Source: Chlorobiales bacterium Clorobi_01 | GTDB lineage: Bacteria > Bacteroidota > Chlorobiia > Chlorobiales > Chlorobiaceae | NCBI GenBank assembly: GCA_001602925.1 | Contig: LUZT01000006.1 | Span: 632,438 to 696,437, forward strand | Length of the DNA stretch: 64,000 bases | Reading direction: 5' to 3' | Part shown: positions 10,019 through 20,420 of the stretch, one piece after another | How the letters are laid out: each line of letters begins with the position of its first letter | Position numbering within the stretch: the stretch's first letter is position 1 | Program-made: the position numbers and the translations under genes | Notes under the pieces: generated by a model | Database searches by the model: none | The model's input: only the letters and a program-made list of their open reading frames with translations | What the model was told of the DNA's origin: nothing

Positions 10019-10429
10019 ATGGCCAATGGAACGGTTAAAATATCGGAACAGTCAGGCGTGCTGCCAATTGCCGGTGACAAGATTGTGCTGATTACGGCCC
10101 GCGGTTCCGGGCGCTGGATCATCCCCAAAGGGTATATCGAGAAAGGCATGTCGCCCGCCGAATCTGCTGCGAAGGAGGCATGGGAGGAGGCTGGTATTAT
10201 CGGAAGCGTCCGGCATGAAGAGATCGGCACCTACTCATACCGCCGTCCGTCGGGCATCTTTTCGGTCAGGATTTATCCTCTCGAAGTTGAGTCCCTGCTT
10301 GAGCAGTGGGATGAGATGCATGTCCGTCAGCGTCGGCTGGTCACGCCATCGGAAGCCATAGAGATGATTTGTCTCAAGGAGCTGAGGAGTCTCGTAACTG
10401 ATTATCTGATAAACCGTTTCGATTTTTGA
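10019..10429 (+). CDS. NUDIX hydrolase (DIPP/Ap6A-hydrolase-like)
   Basis: Nudix box PKGYIEKGMSPAESAAKEAWEEAG; VLITARGSGRWIIPKG. Confidence 0.92.
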   Translation: MANGTVKISEQSGVLPIAGDKIVLITARGSGRWIIPKGYIEKGMSPAESAAKEAWEEAGIIGSVRHEEIGTYSYRRPSGIFSVRIYPLEVESLLEQWDEMHVRQRRLVTPSEAIEMICLKELRSLVTDYLINRFDF

Positions 10430-10535
10430 TCCACTGATCATTGCGCTGTTTGCTCTCGGTTTTTTGTGAAGGGTTTCTGAAAATTTTGTTTGGTGATTTC
10501 GGCTCAAGTCGTATATTATGAGCCTTCCGTTAAGA

Positions 10536-10611
10536 CGGGGCATGGCGCAGCTGGTAGCGTGCCTGCTTTGGGAGCAGGAGGTCCCGAGTTCGAGTCTCGG
10601 TGCCCCGACCA
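10536..10611 (+). tRNA. tRNA-Pro(TGG)
   Basis: Cloverleaf; anticodon arm CCTGC-TT-TGG-GA-GCAGG; T-loop GTTCGAGT; encoded CCA. Confidence 0.97.
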
Positions 10612-10633
10612 TGGAGAGCTGCGACAGGATTAT

Positions 10634-10706
<73 letters not shown>

Positions 10707-10732
10707 CAGGAAGAGGATTTTTCGCTTTTCAT

Positions 10733-10807
10733 GGTGATTGTAGCTCAGGTGGTTAGAGCGCCAGGTTGTGGCCCTGGAGGTCGGGGGTTCGAGTCCCCTC
10801 ATTCACC
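10733..10807 (+). tRNA. tRNA-His(GTG)
   Basis: Anticodon arm CCAGG-TT-GTG-GC-CCTGG; G-1 present. Confidence 0.97.
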
Positions 10808-10861
10808 CCGGTTCTGTAATGGGCTTCCGCAATTTAACGGGAAGCGTTTTTGGAATTGAAC

Positions 10862-10933
10862 GGCCCCATCGACTAGTGGTTAGGTCATCACCCTTTCAAG
10901 GTGGTAGCACGGGTTCGAATCCCGTTGGGGTCA
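10862..10933 (+). tRNA. tRNA-Glu(TTC)
   Basis: Anticodon arm TCACC-CT-TTC-AA-GGTGG; acceptor GGCCCCA/TGGGGTC. Confidence 0.97.
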
Positions 10934-11166
10934 CACCATAGCTCCGATAAACTTCGCGGTTTTGACGTGAGTTGAGTATATACGCTGGTTATCAAGCTCT
11001 GTGCTGTTGCAGGTTCAGAGCTTTTTTTGTTAGGTTGCGGCATCTCTGAACATTGCCGGTCATTCGATTGCGCGGCCTCGGCTGGCATGCTGGCGCATCG
11101 GCTCTGCATCGTTCCTGACGATTTTCCGAGATGCTTTTCATGAATGCATTGCACTAATACCCGCCC

Positions 11167-13599
11167 ATGAAAATCTCCGTCAACTGGCTCAAGGAGTTTG
11201 TTCCCTCTCTTTCATTTGATCGTTCTGGACTCGTCGATTACCTGACCTTTCTTGGTCTCGAAGTCGAAGATGTTTTTGAACAAAAGTTGCCCGACCAGAA
11301 GGTGATTGTCGGTAAAATTGCCGAGGTCAGACCCCATCCGAATGCTGACCGGCTTCGGATCTGCATGGTCGATACGGGTGAAGGCGAGCTGCGGCAGATT
11401 GTCTGTGGCGCGCCGAACGTCGAGGCTGGCATGACGGTGCCGGTGGCTACCATCGGCGCTGTGCTGACGGCTGTTTCCGGTGAAACCTTCACCATCAAGC
11501 CTGCGAAAATTCGCGGAGAGCAATCGTCCGGGATGATCTGTGCCGCTGACGAACTCGGATTATCGGACGATCATGATGGTGTGATGGTGCTCGACGAGGC
11601 GTGCGAGATTGGCCAGCCGCTTGCCCGTTACCTCGAAACCGACACGGTGCTTGACATCGCTGTGACGCCGAACCGTCCCGATGCGCTTTCGCATCTTGGC
11701 GTCGCCCGCGAGCTGGCCGACTGTCACGAGATTGTCTATCCGCAGGCACCGGTGATCGAGTTCACTCGTGGCGGCGGTCTTATCGAGGTACAGGACGAGG
11801 AGTCGTGTCCTTACTACACGGCCACGGTCATCAAGGGCGTGACGGTCGGCCCGTCGCCGCGATGGCTTGCCCGCCGACTCGAACAGATCGGCCTGCGCCC
11901 GAAGAACAACATCGTCGATATCACCAACTACATTCTCCATTCGTTTGGCCAGCCGCTGCACGCTTTCGACTATCACCAGCTTGCCGGTAGCCGCATTGTC
12001 GTGCGCAGCGACGCCGGGAGCAGCTTCATGGCGCTCAATAATGTGGAGTACCAGCTCCAGCCAGGTATGACGGCTATTTGTGACGCGCGTGAGCCGGTGG
12101 CTATTGGTGGCGTGATGGGCGGCCTCCATTCGGCGGTTACCGATAAAACCACCGACATTCTGCTCGAAGCTGCCTATTTCAACCCGGCATCGATCAGGAA
12201 AACCGCCAAGCAGCTTCAGCTCTCTTCTGATTCCTCTTATCGTTTTGAGCGCGGTGTCGATCCGTGCAACGTGAAGCGGGCCGCCGAATACGCCATCGCC
12301 ATGATTCTTGAAATCGCTGGCGGCAAAGTCGATTCCGCCGAGGCGTGGGGCGGCATGCCTGCCGCACAGAAAATCGTGTCACTCAGGCCCAAACGTGTTA
12401 ATGCTGTGCTCGGCAGTTCGATCACCGCCTCCCGGATGGTTCGATTGCTGGAGAAAATCTGTATCAAGGCGGTCTCGCAAGGGGCTGTGTCGGACGATGT
12501 TGATTCTATCGCGTTTTCTGTGCCCTCCTTCCGGGTCGATATCGAACAGGAGATCGACCTGATCGAAGAGGTCGCACGCCTGTACGGGTACAACAATCTG
12601 GAACCGGCATCTGCAATGGTTTCCAGCTATCCGGTCAGCCGCAAGGTGCCTGAATATTTTCCCGATTATCTGCGCAGCATCATGATCGGCCTGAATTTCA
12701 GGGAGGCGCTCACCAACCCTCTGATCAGGAAAGCCGAAGCTGACTGCTTCAGCTCGATGCTGGTCAGCGCCCTCAATCCGATCAGTGAAGAGCTCGAAGT
12801 GCTTCGCCCGAACCTTGCTCCCTCTTTGCTCAAAGTCGTCGGGTACAATATGCGGCACGGCAATCGCGAACTTCGCCTCTTCGAGGTTGCACACGGATTT
12901 GAGAAGCAGCCGGAGGCCGGGCGCGGCAACGAGGGGCCACTTTCGGCATTTCTTGAAAAGGAGTTGCTTTCGATGGTGATAACCGGTCGACGTGAACCCA
13001 GAAGCTGGAACTGCCAGGACGAGAACGTCGATTTTTACGATCTCAGGGGCGTAGTGGAGATGTTGCTTGAAAAGCTGAATTTACTTGAAAAATCAGCTTT
13101 CAATATTTATAATGCTCAAACTATTGGTATTGAAATCACCTCGACGGAAAACGGGAAAACGTCCGTTCTGAAGGCGGGGACGGTTCAGCAGGTCGGCAGG
13201 GAAGTGCTCGATGCTTTTGGTCTTGATCAGGATGTGTATCTGGCTGAGCTGGATGTTACGCTGCTGGAGCGATGTTTTGAGTCAGGCGTGATCTATGAGC
13301 CCCCGTCGAAGTTCCCCGTGGTTGAAAGAGATCTTTCATTCGTGCTTCCCCGTCATATTCCGGCGCAGCGCCTGATCGATCTTGCAAAGGCGAGCGATCC
13401 GCTGGTCAGGTCGGTTCGGATTTTCGATGTGTTCGACCGAGGAACAGCCCAGGGAGAACCCTCAACGCGAAGCGTGGCACTTTCGCTTGAGCTTGCCGAC
13501 AGGTCGGGAACCATGAACGAAGAGGCGATCAGCGCCGTCATCTCGAAGGTGAGTGACAATGCCAGAAGTGAACTTGGTGCGGTAATTCGGCAAGTTTGA
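11167..13599 (+). CDS. pheT: Phenylalanine--tRNA ligase beta subunit
   Basis: MKISVNWLKEF, HPNADRL, IVCGAPNV, TPNRPDALSH, SSYRFERGVD, C-terminal FPVVERDLSF anticodon-binding domain. Confidence 0.99.
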   Translation: MKISVNWLKEFVPSLSFDRSGLVDYLTFLGLEVEDVFEQKLPDQKVIVGKIAEVRPHPNADRLRICMVDTGEGELRQIVCGAPNVEAGMTVPVATIGAVLTAVSGETFTIKPAKIRGEQSSGMICAADELGLSDDHDGVMVLDEACEIGQPLARYLETDTVLDIAVTPNRPDALSHLGVARELADCHEIVYPQAPVIEFTRGGGLIEVQDEESCPYYTATVIKGVTVGPSPRWLARRLEQIGLRPKNNIVDITNYILHSFGQPLHAFDYHQLAGSRIVVRSDAGSSFMALNNVEYQLQPGMTAICDAREPVAIGGVMGGLHSAVTDKTTDILLEAAYFNPASIRKTAKQLQLSSDSSYRFERGVDPCNVKRAAEYAIAMILEIAGGKVDSAEAWGGMPAAQKIVSLRPKRVNAVLGSSITASRMVRLLEKICIKAVSQGAVSDDVDSIAFSVPSFRVDIEQEIDLIEEVARLYGYNNLEPASAMVSSYPVSRKVPEYFPDYLRSIMIGLNFREALTNPLIRKAEADCFSSMLVSALNPISEELEVLRPNLAPSLLKVVGYNMRHGNRELRLFEVAHGFEKQPEAGRGNEGPLSAFLEKELLSMVITGRREPRSWNCQDENVDFYDLRGVVEMLLEKLNLLEKSAFNIYNAQTIGIEITSTENGKTSVLKAGTVQQVGREVLDAFGLDQDVYLAELDVTLLERCFESGVIYEPPSKFPVVERDLSFVLPRHIPAQRLIDLAKASDPLVRSVRIFDVFDRGTAQGEPSTRSVALSLELADRSGTMNEEAISAVISKVSDNARSELGAVIRQV

Positions 13600-13613
13600 T
13601 CCAGTCCGGTTTT

Positions 13614-13919
13614 ATGGATGCAGCAAACGAGCATAATGATCATCAGTTGCTTGCGGGCCTCGAAGAGAATGTGGGGCGGCTTGTGGAGCAGTTGTCCGAG
13701 TGCCGGAAAGAAAATGAGTTGTTGAAATCTGAGGTTTTGAGCCTCCAGAACATATTGCGGTCATTCAAGCTGCCTGGCACCGAAGGGTCAGAGGTGCAGG
13801 TGCCGGGGACTTCAGGCGAGGGATTTTCCTACGCAGACAAGCTTCAGATCAAACAGAAGCTGGTAATGATCCTGCAAAAGATCGAGAGGGAACTGAGAGG
13901 AGAGAAAGCCGGATTTTAA
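13614..13919 (+). CDS. Coiled-coil protein, ZapB-like
   Basis: LEENVGRLVEQLSECRKENELLKSEV coiled coil; sits between pheT and zapA. Confidence 0.6.
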   Translation: MDAANEHNDHQLLAGLEENVGRLVEQLSECRKENELLKSEVLSLQNILRSFKLPGTEGSEVQVPGTSGEGFSYADKLQIKQKLVMILQKIERELRGEKAGF

Positions 13920-14188
13920 TGTCCATGGAAAAGATCAGCGTCAATGTGTATGGCGACAGCTACCCTTTGCGGGTAGAGAACAGCGAACTGACCGGAAAGG
14001 CGGCAAAAGATGTCGATGGCGTCATGAGGCGCTTCGCCGCCAAAGCTCCGGATCTGGAAGCGAAAAAGCTGGCCGTGTTGGCCGCGATCCAGTTTGCTGA
14101 AAAAAAGAACGAACTGGAGGAGGAGCTGTCGCAGCTCAGGCAGAAAATGGCTCATATCAATGAATTTATCGAGCAGAATTTGCACTAA
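13919..14188 (+). CDS. zapA: Cell division protein ZapA
   Basis: ISVNVYGDSYPL...KLAVLAAIQFAE plus coiled coil; conserved pheT-zapA-rny context. Confidence 0.85.
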   Translation: MSMEKISVNVYGDSYPLRVENSELTGKAAKDVDGVMRRFAAKAPDLEAKKLAVLAAIQFAEKKNELEEELSQLRQKMAHINEFIEQNLH

Positions 14189-14216
14189 AGCGTTACATTG
14201 AAAGCAAGCGAAATAT

Positions 14217-14434
14217 CCGCACCACAGCAAGAGGTGTTTTGTAAGTAAAAGAACTAACAGGATAGAACAGGGAGTCAAACTCTTCATTTTGATTGCAGGC
14301 CTTGCTGCCTGGCGGTGACGAGCCGCTGGCATCGGCGCTTTCCAAAGCGTCGCATTGGAAGCAAAAAACCTGAAGGAGGCGCCCACCGTGGTTAAACGGG
14401 TTCTTGAATCTTACACATCTCTTGAGGGTGCGGG
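14217..14434 (+). ncRNA. ssrS: 6S RNA
   Basis: Ends CCGCACC..CAAGAGGTGT and ACATCTCTTG..GGTGCGG form a long closing stem followed by a T-tract; canonical position between zapA and rny. Confidence 0.8.
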
Positions 14435-14497
14435 TTTTTTTTGTTCAATTTTGAAAGGCCGGTCTCGTTTTGGCCGGTTGAAAAAGGAGGATAGTTA

Positions 14498-16072
14498 ATG
14501 GGAACCGTCATAAATCTGTTTCTCATTATTGCGGCATCCGTAGTCTTTTTTGCGGTCGGTTTTTACATCGGTCGATTCTTTCTGGAGCGTATCGGCACCA
14601 CCAAGGTACTCGAAGCTGAAGAACGTGCCGTGCAGGTCGTCCAGGAGGCCCAGAAAGAGGCCAATGACTACAAGGAACTCAAGGTCAACGAGGTGAACCA
14701 GGAGTGGAAGAAGCGCAAGCGTGAGTTTGACAGCGAAGTAACCATCAAAAACAACAAGTTTGCCCAGCTGCAGAAGCAGATTCGCCAGAAAGAGGTGACT
14801 CTGGGTAACCAGATGCGGGACGTCAAGGAGACTGAAAAGAAGCTTCAGGAGCAGAGAGAGGAGCTGAAGCATCAGACTCAGAACGTGCAGAATCGATCCG
14901 CGGAGCTTGAAAAGACCATTTTAGAGCAGAACCAGCGGCTGGAGAGCATCTCGAACCTGACCGCCGAAGAGGCTCGTCAGATGCTCATCGACAACATGAT
15001 CGCCAAGGCCAGGGAAGAGGCGACCGAAACCGTTCACCAGATTCACGAAGAGGCCACGCAGAAGGCCGACCGGATCGCCGAAAAGATCATGCTGACCGCT
15101 ATCCAGCGTATCTCTTTCGAGCAGGCTACCGAGAGTGCCCTGTCGGTGGTACATATCCAGAGCGACGAGTTGAAGGGGCGTATCATCGGACGCGAGGGAC
15201 GCAACATCAAGGCGTTCGAGAATGCAACCGGCGTGGATATCATCGTCGATGACACTCCCGAGGTGGTCATCCTCTCCTGCTTCGATCCGCTTCGCCGCGA
15301 GATGGCCAAGCTGACCTTGCAGAAGCTGCTTGTTGACGGCATTATCCATCCGGTGGCCATCGAAAAGGCCTACCAGGACGCGAAGAAAGAGATCGAGGAT
15401 GTCATCATGTCTTCCGGCGAAGAGGCGATTTCGTCGCTTCAGATTCCCGACATGCCAGCCGAGATCGTTGGCATGATCGGCAAGATGCGTTTCCATACGG
15501 TTTACGGTCAAAACCTCTTGCAGCACAGTCGCGAAGTGGCCATGCTGGCGGGTTTGATGGCCGCCGAACTGAAGCTCGACGCCAAGCAGGCCAAGCGCGC
15601 CGGCCTCTTGCACGACATCGGTCTGGTGCTGCCTGAGACCGAAATGCCGCATGCGCTGGCGGGCATGGAGTTTCTCAAGAAATTCAACATGTCGCCGGTG
15701 GTGCTCAACGCTATTGGCGCTCATCACGGAGAGGTCGAGAAGGCGTCGCCCATTGCCGATCTGGTCGATGCGGCTAACGTTGTGTCACTGTCGAGGCCCG
15801 GCGCGCGCGGCGCGGTTACGGCCGAGGGCAACGTCAAGCGCCTCGAAAGCCTCGAAGAGATCGCCAAGACCTTCCCCGGCGTGCTCAAGACCTACGCCCT
15901 GCAGGCGGGCCGCGAGATCAGGGTGATCGTCGAAGGTGACAATGTCAGCGACTCCCAGGCTGACGTGCTTGCCCACGACATTGCCAGCAAGATCGAGTCG
16001 GAGGCGCAATACCCCGGCCAGATCAAGGTGACCATTCTGCGCGAAAAACGCTCGGTCGCCTTCGCGAAGTAA
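14498..16072 (+). CDS. rny: Ribonuclease Y
   Basis: N-terminal TM helix, coiled coil, KH domain (KGRIIGREGRNI), HD domain (AGLLHDIG), C-terminal YALQAGREIRV. Confidence 0.98.
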   Translation: MGTVINLFLIIAASVVFFAVGFYIGRFFLERIGTTKVLEAEERAVQVVQEAQKEANDYKELKVNEVNQEWKKRKREFDSEVTIKNNKFAQLQKQIRQKEVTLGNQMRDVKETEKKLQEQREELKHQTQNVQNRSAELEKTILEQNQRLESISNLTAEEARQMLIDNMIAKAREEATETVHQIHEEATQKADRIAEKIMLTAIQRISFEQATESALSVVHIQSDELKGRIIGREGRNIKAFENATGVDIIVDDTPEVVILSCFDPLRREMAKLTLQKLLVDGIIHPVAIEKAYQDAKKEIEDVIMSSGEEAISSLQIPDMPAEIVGMIGKMRFHTVYGQNLLQHSREVAMLAGLMAAELKLDAKQAKRAGLLHDIGLVLPETEMPHALAGMEFLKKFNMSPVVLNAIGAHHGEVEKASPIADLVDAANVVSLSRPGARGAVTAEGNVKRLESLEEIAKTFPGVLKTYALQAGREIRVIVEGDNVSDSQADVLAHDIASKIESEAQYPGQIKVTILREKRSVAFAK

Positions 16073-16091
16073 AAAATCTGACTGATCGAAT

Positions 16092-16133
16092 AAAAAAAGG
16101 CTGCCCGGGATTTTCCCGAGGCAGCCTTTTTTT
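16092..16133. terminator. Bidirectional terminator between rny and hisB
   Basis: A7-GGCTGCC...GGCAGCC-T7 between convergent genes. Confidence 0.85.
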
Positions 16134-16154
16134 ATTTGTGTTGTACTTCTTATC

Positions 16155-16757
16155 TCAGATTACCCCTTTGGTCGATTTGATTTCTGCGCCTTCGACCTTC
16201 ACCGCCTGCTTCATCGCGTAGGCCAGCGACTTGAAGAGCGCCTCGATCATATGGTGCGTATTCCGGCCCTCCAGCACTGCGAGGTGCAGGTTTGCGTTCA
16301 TCGTCCGCGAGAGCGACACAAAGAAGTGCTCCACCATCTCGGTTGAAAGCCCCTGGATCACCGGGCGCTGAAATTCTGCCCTGAAGACGCAATAGCTACG
16401 GCCACCGAGGTCGATCGAGCACTGTGCCAGCGCTTCGTCCATCGGGATGATCGCCCAGCCGTAGCGTCCGATACCTTTTTTGTCGCCAAGCGCGTCCACG
16501 ATGGCTTTGCCGAGCACCAGCGCTACATCTTCGACGGTATGGTGGTCGTCAACTTCCAGATCGCCGCTGCACCGTAACTGCACGTCGATGCCGGAGTGGC
16601 GGCTGAAGCTGGTGAGCATGTGATCGAGAAAAACCACGCCGGTCTCTATGGACGATGCTCCCGAGCCGTCGAGATTGATGGTGGCGGAGATGTCCGTTTC
16701 AGCAGTTTTGCGGCTGTTTGAGGCGATGCGCTGGTTCATGGGTGTCGATTCTGACAT
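16155..16757 (-). CDS. hisB: Imidazoleglycerol-phosphate dehydratase
   Basis: [45 protein letters not shown]. Start at 16757 or 16739; the longer ORF-track start is spurious. Confidence 0.97.
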   Translation of the reverse strand: MSESTPMNQRIASNSRKTAETDISATINLDGSGASSIETGVVFLDHMLTSFSRHSGIDVQLRCSGDLEVDDHHTVEDVALVLGKAIVDALGDKKGIGRYGWAIIPMDEALAQCSIDLGGRSYCVFRAEFQRPVIQGLSTEMVEHFFVSLSRTMNANLHLAVLEGRNTHHMIEALFKSLAYAMKQAVKVEGAEIKSTKGVI

Positions 16758-16765
16758 GAATGATG

Positions 16766-17017
16766 CTATCTGAAAAATTTGTTGATGAGGCCAATGACGA
16801 GGCTCAGGATGATCGACAGGACGATGGAGCTGCCGAGCGGAAAATAGAGCCGGAAATTCTCTTTTTCGATATGAATGTCGAACGGCAGGTGGCCAAACCA
16901 TCCCAACCATCCATTTCCTCCCGATTTCTGAACAAGCATGACAAGCAAGCCGAGTGCAGCGATCGATGCACCAAGCAAAATGAGCATTTTGCCAATTCCT
17001 GAAAACGGGTCTTGCAT
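16766..17017 (-). CDS. DUF2905-family small membrane protein
   Basis: Two TM segments flanking [31 protein letters not shown]. Confidence 0.85.
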   Translation of the reverse strand: MQDPFSGIGKMLILLGASIAALGLLVMLVQKSGGNGWLGWFGHLPFDIHIEKENFRLYFPLGSSIVLSIILSLVIGLINKFFR

Positions 17018-17096
17018 ATTGTGAAAAAGTTGCTAAATTAAGCCCACATTGTTGAAAGATACGATAGTTAGCGGAAATTTCATCAGATAGCTGGAC

Positions 17097-17477
17097 ATGC
17101 TCAACGGTTTCGTCGTCATTTTTGCCTTGCTTGCAGCACTTCTGCTGATCGTGTCAGTGCTGTTGCAAAGCCCCAAAGCTGGCAGCGGTCTGACTGGTGG
17201 TATTTCGAGCCTCGGCACCGTGCAGACCCTCGGCGTCAGGCGTACCGGTGATTTTCTGAGCAAGACTTCGGCGATTCTGGCTGGTCTGGTTATGGTTCTT
17301 TGCTTCATTGCCCAGTTCACGCTTCCTGCCCGTCATCAGGAGGGCACAGGCAGCAGCATCCTGCAGAAGAGCGCTCCAGCATCGCTTCCGGTTAACAATC
17401 TTCCGCAGTCGCTTCCGACTGGCAATATTCAGCCTGCGGCAGCTCCAGCAGAACAACCGGCAGCACCGGCAAAATAA
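17097..17477 (+). CDS. secG: Preprotein translocase subunit SecG
   Basis: [15 protein letters not shown]...[10 protein letters not shown]; two TM helices and an Ala/Pro-rich tail. Confidence 0.92.
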   Translation: MLNGFVVIFALLAALLLIVSVLLQSPKAGSGLTGGISSLGTVQTLGVRRTGDFLSKTSAILAGLVMVLCFIAQFTLPARHQEGTGSSILQKSAPASLPVNNLPQSLPTGNIQPAAAPAEQPAAPAK

Positions 17478-17482
17478 GATTT

Positions 17483-17558
17483 GCACTCGTAGCTCAGTTG
17501 GTAGAGCAACTGACTCTTAATCAGTGGGTCCAAGGTTCGAGTCCTTGCGAGTGCACCA
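17483..17558 (+). tRNA. tRNA-Lys(CTT)
   Basis: Anticodon arm ACTGA-CT-CTT-AA-TCAGT; encoded CCA. Confidence 0.97.
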
Positions 17559-17565
17559 GAGAGAG

Positions 17566-17599
17566 AAAGCCTTACAGAACGTTACTGTAAGGCTTTTTT
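17566..17599 (+). terminator. Terminator after tRNA-Lys
   Basis: AAAGCCTTACAG / CTGTAAGGCTTT stem plus T-tract. Confidence 0.8.
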
Positions 17600-17782
17600 G
17601 TTTTATGTATGTTTCGGTGAATGCATAGGCAGATTCTGGATGGATACGTTCAGAGCGCTCTCTTGCGCCTTCGGGAGAACGACATTCTTTTGGCTCGGAA
17701 ATATGTCGTACGAAAAGCACTGACTCGTATTACGGTTGTTCCACTGCGAATGACAATGGTTGATGGTGTTCAGATAATTCGC

Positions 17783-18439
17783 TTACCACTCTGCCGAGTG
17801 CAGCCCGACGATCTCCTTGTACGCAATTGCGGTGGCGCAGGCTGTTACCGGAGCCGAAACCAGCAGGCCGACGCCGAGGGCGAGCGCGCCCAGCACATTG
17901 ACAAGGAACAGCACAACCGCGAAGACGAAAAAGGCGAACCAGTTTTTCGTGATGATCTTGCGGCTCGTCTCCATTGCCTGCCAGAACTCCATGCCGTGGT
18001 CGATGACGAGGAATGTGGCCAGCATGTAGCCGATGGCGAGATAAATACCTGGCAGAATAAGCAGTACCAGCCCGACGGCTACGAGGATGCCGCTTGCCAG
18101 CCCGGCGAGGAAGAGCGGCAGGAAATAGTTGAAGCCCTTGAAAAAGTCGCTGAACTGAAGCTCCTGGCCGGTCATGATTCTGAACGCCGCGATGGCGTAT
18201 CCGGCGTAGAGAGGCGCTGCTACGGTTGAAAAGAGCAGCGAGCCGAAACCGCCCATTTTCGAACTCACGAGGGAGGCCGCAAAGCAGATAAGGGTGAAGC
18301 CGATGAATTCGCCGATGTTCCCCTTGAACATTTCCCAACCTTTCTGCACATAGTCTGATGCGTTGACTTCGTAGCCTTCCGCGATGAGCTTGTCAAAAAG
18401 CGCGGGGTCGATCTTCTCTCCAAAATCAAATGGCGCCAT
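17783..18439 (-). CDS. Integral membrane protein (DUF975-like)
   Basis: Four to five TM helices; pattern 'YVQKGWEMFK...LILPGIYLAIGY...AMETSRKIITKNW'. Confidence 0.7.
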   Translation of the reverse strand: MAPFDFGEKIDPALFDKLIAEGYEVNASDYVQKGWEMFKGNIGEFIGFTLICFAASLVSSKMGGFGSLLFSTVAAPLYAGYAIAAFRIMTGQELQFSDFFKGFNYFLPLFLAGLASGILVAVGLVLLILPGIYLAIGYMLATFLVIDHGMEFWQAMETSRKIITKNWFAFFVFAVVLFLVNVLGALALGVGLLVSAPVTACATAIAYKEIVGLHSAEW

Positions 18440-18744
18440 GTTCCCTCCTTGTTTATCTATTGTTCAATTTTGTCAACGATCGTAATCAGAAAGAAAACAC
18501 ATATCCTCAGTTCTGATGATACCAGCCGGTATCATGGAAACGATCTCGTGCTGACGGCATGAAGATACGTGCTCTTTTATGCGTAATTTACTCAAGGTTC
18601 TTCAGTGCGCAAAGCTTTGTGTTGCCGGATGCCTTCTGGTTCGCCCGGTGGCGGCTATTGCAGAAAAATCGTACTGCTGTATATTGTGAGCGGCTCGCCT
18701 TGCGGAAAAGAGGTTTTGGCGAGTAACGGTTTAACAAGCATTTA

Positions 18745-20073
18745 ATGAAAATTTTCGATCGATACATTCTGAAGGAGCATCTAGGCACCTTCTTTTTCGC
18801 GTTTGTAACGATCATGTTTGTGTTCATTCTCTCCTTTCTTACTCAGTTTCTTGAACGCCTGATAGGCAAGGGGCTCGATTTCAGAATCATACTCGAAGTG
18901 GTGGCGTTGCAGTCGGCCTGGATGGTTGGGCTGGCGGTGCCGATGGCGGTGCTGGTTTCGACAGTCATGGCCTTCAGTTCTCTGACCAACAGCTCGGAGT
19001 TGACGGTGATGCGCTCAGGCGGCATTTCGATCTATAGGCTTGTTGCGCCGGTGCTGCTCGCCGCGCTTGCCTTGTCGCTTATGATGGAGCGCTTCAACAA
19101 TGTTCTGATGCCTGAGGCCAATTACAAGGCCAATGCCCTGTTTGCCGATATAACCCGCATGAAACCTGGTCTCGGCATTGACAAGAACGCCTTTTCCGAT
19201 GTGATTCAGGGCTACTCCATTATGGTGCGGGATATTGACAACGAAACCGGAGAACTTCGTGACATCGTGCTCTACGATCGCGGACGGCCAGATGTTCGCA
19301 CCGTGATCATGGCGGCAAGGGGGCGTATCCAGTTTTCGCAGGATTACAGTCATCTCGTGCTGACCCTCGAAGATGGTCAGATTCACGAGCTCTCTCTGCC
19401 GGCGATGGATAGGTATCGCAAGATGGTTTTCGCTAGGAACCGTTATGTTTTCGATGCGACCGGATATGGCTTCGAACGCACCGATGATGGGAACCGGCGT
19501 CGGGGTGGCAAGGAGCTGTCGGCGGCCGACCTCTTGTCTATAGCCAGGGAGTTTCGTCTGAAAGGCCGGGTTGCAGAGAGCTCTATCGACAAGGGGATAG
19601 AGCAGTTGAAAAAAGAGGTGGCGGCTATTCGTAACCGAAGTGATGCTGACTCCTTGTTATCGCCATCAACGTTGCCGCCAGCTGTGACTGGCCGTGCCAT
19701 CGAGTCGGTCGATACGTTGATCGGAAACGTGTCGTTACGCATCGAGCAGATGCAGCAAAACCGGAAAGCGTTCAGCGACTACATGGTAGAGTATCACAAG
19801 AAATATTCGCTGGCTTTTGCCTGCCTGGTGTTTGCCGTAGTTGGCGCACCGCTTGGCGTTATGGCGCGGCGCGGCGGATTCGGTGCGGGCGCGGCGCTGT
19901 CGCTTTTCTTTTTCGTGCTCTACTGGGTACTGTTGATCGGCGGTGAGAAGATCGCCGAACGAGGCCTGCTGTTACCGGCTATCTCGGTCTGGCTGCCCAA
20001 TGTCGTACTGGCCGTTACTGGTCTGTTCATGATATACCGCCTGAGCAGCTCGGCCAGCGGATCCGGCCGGTAA
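18745..20073 (+). CDS. lptF: LPS export ABC transporter permease LptF
   Basis: MKIFDRYILKE, SELTVMRSGGIS, EYHKKYSLAFACLVFAVVGAPLG. LptF versus LptG is not certain. Confidence 0.85.
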   Translation: MKIFDRYILKEHLGTFFFAFVTIMFVFILSFLTQFLERLIGKGLDFRIILEVVALQSAWMVGLAVPMAVLVSTVMAFSSLTNSSELTVMRSGGISIYRLVAPVLLAALALSLMMERFNNVLMPEANYKANALFADITRMKPGLGIDKNAFSDVIQGYSIMVRDIDNETGELRDIVLYDRGRPDVRTVIMAARGRIQFSQDYSHLVLTLEDGQIHELSLPAMDRYRKMVFARNRYVFDATGYGFERTDDGNRRRGGKELSAADLLSIAREFRLKGRVAESSIDKGIEQLKKEVAAIRNRSDADSLLSPSTLPPAVTGRAIESVDTLIGNVSLRIEQMQQNRKAFSDYMVEYHKKYSLAFACLVFAVVGAPLGVMARRGGFGAGAALSLFFFVLYWVLLIGGEKIAERGLLLPAISVWLPNVVLAVTGLFMIYRLSSSASGSGR

Positions 20074-20211
20074 ATTGAGCCATGCACCGTTCGGCTTGCC
20101 TGCTTGACGTGGAGTTCAGTCCATAATTGCGAGGTGAAAAGATTCAGGTCGTTGCCAGACTCCGTGACCGGTAGTTGCCAAAATTTTTTCTTTGTTTTTT
20201 AACTCTGATTC

Positions 20212-20243
20212 TTGTGACAAAAAAGAATAAAAATATATTGTCA
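20212..20243 (+). promoter_or_regulatory. Putative sigma70 promoter overlapped by an inverted repeat
   Basis: TTGTGA-N16-TATATT, overlapped by TGACAA-N17-TTGTCA, upstream of the TauE-family gene. Confidence 0.4.
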
Positions 20244-20420
20244 TATGATTAAAATTAAGAAGCATGTGATTTAAGTATTAGGTTTCAGATTAATGCCCGA
20301 CATCCCAGACCCTGTCAAATCTCCATCCGTCCTCTTTGTTTCTCCATCTCTCGCTGTTCCCTCATCTCTCATAGTTTGTCAGTTACCCCTTGTTTTTCAT
20401 CCATCATTAGGATCAATTCC

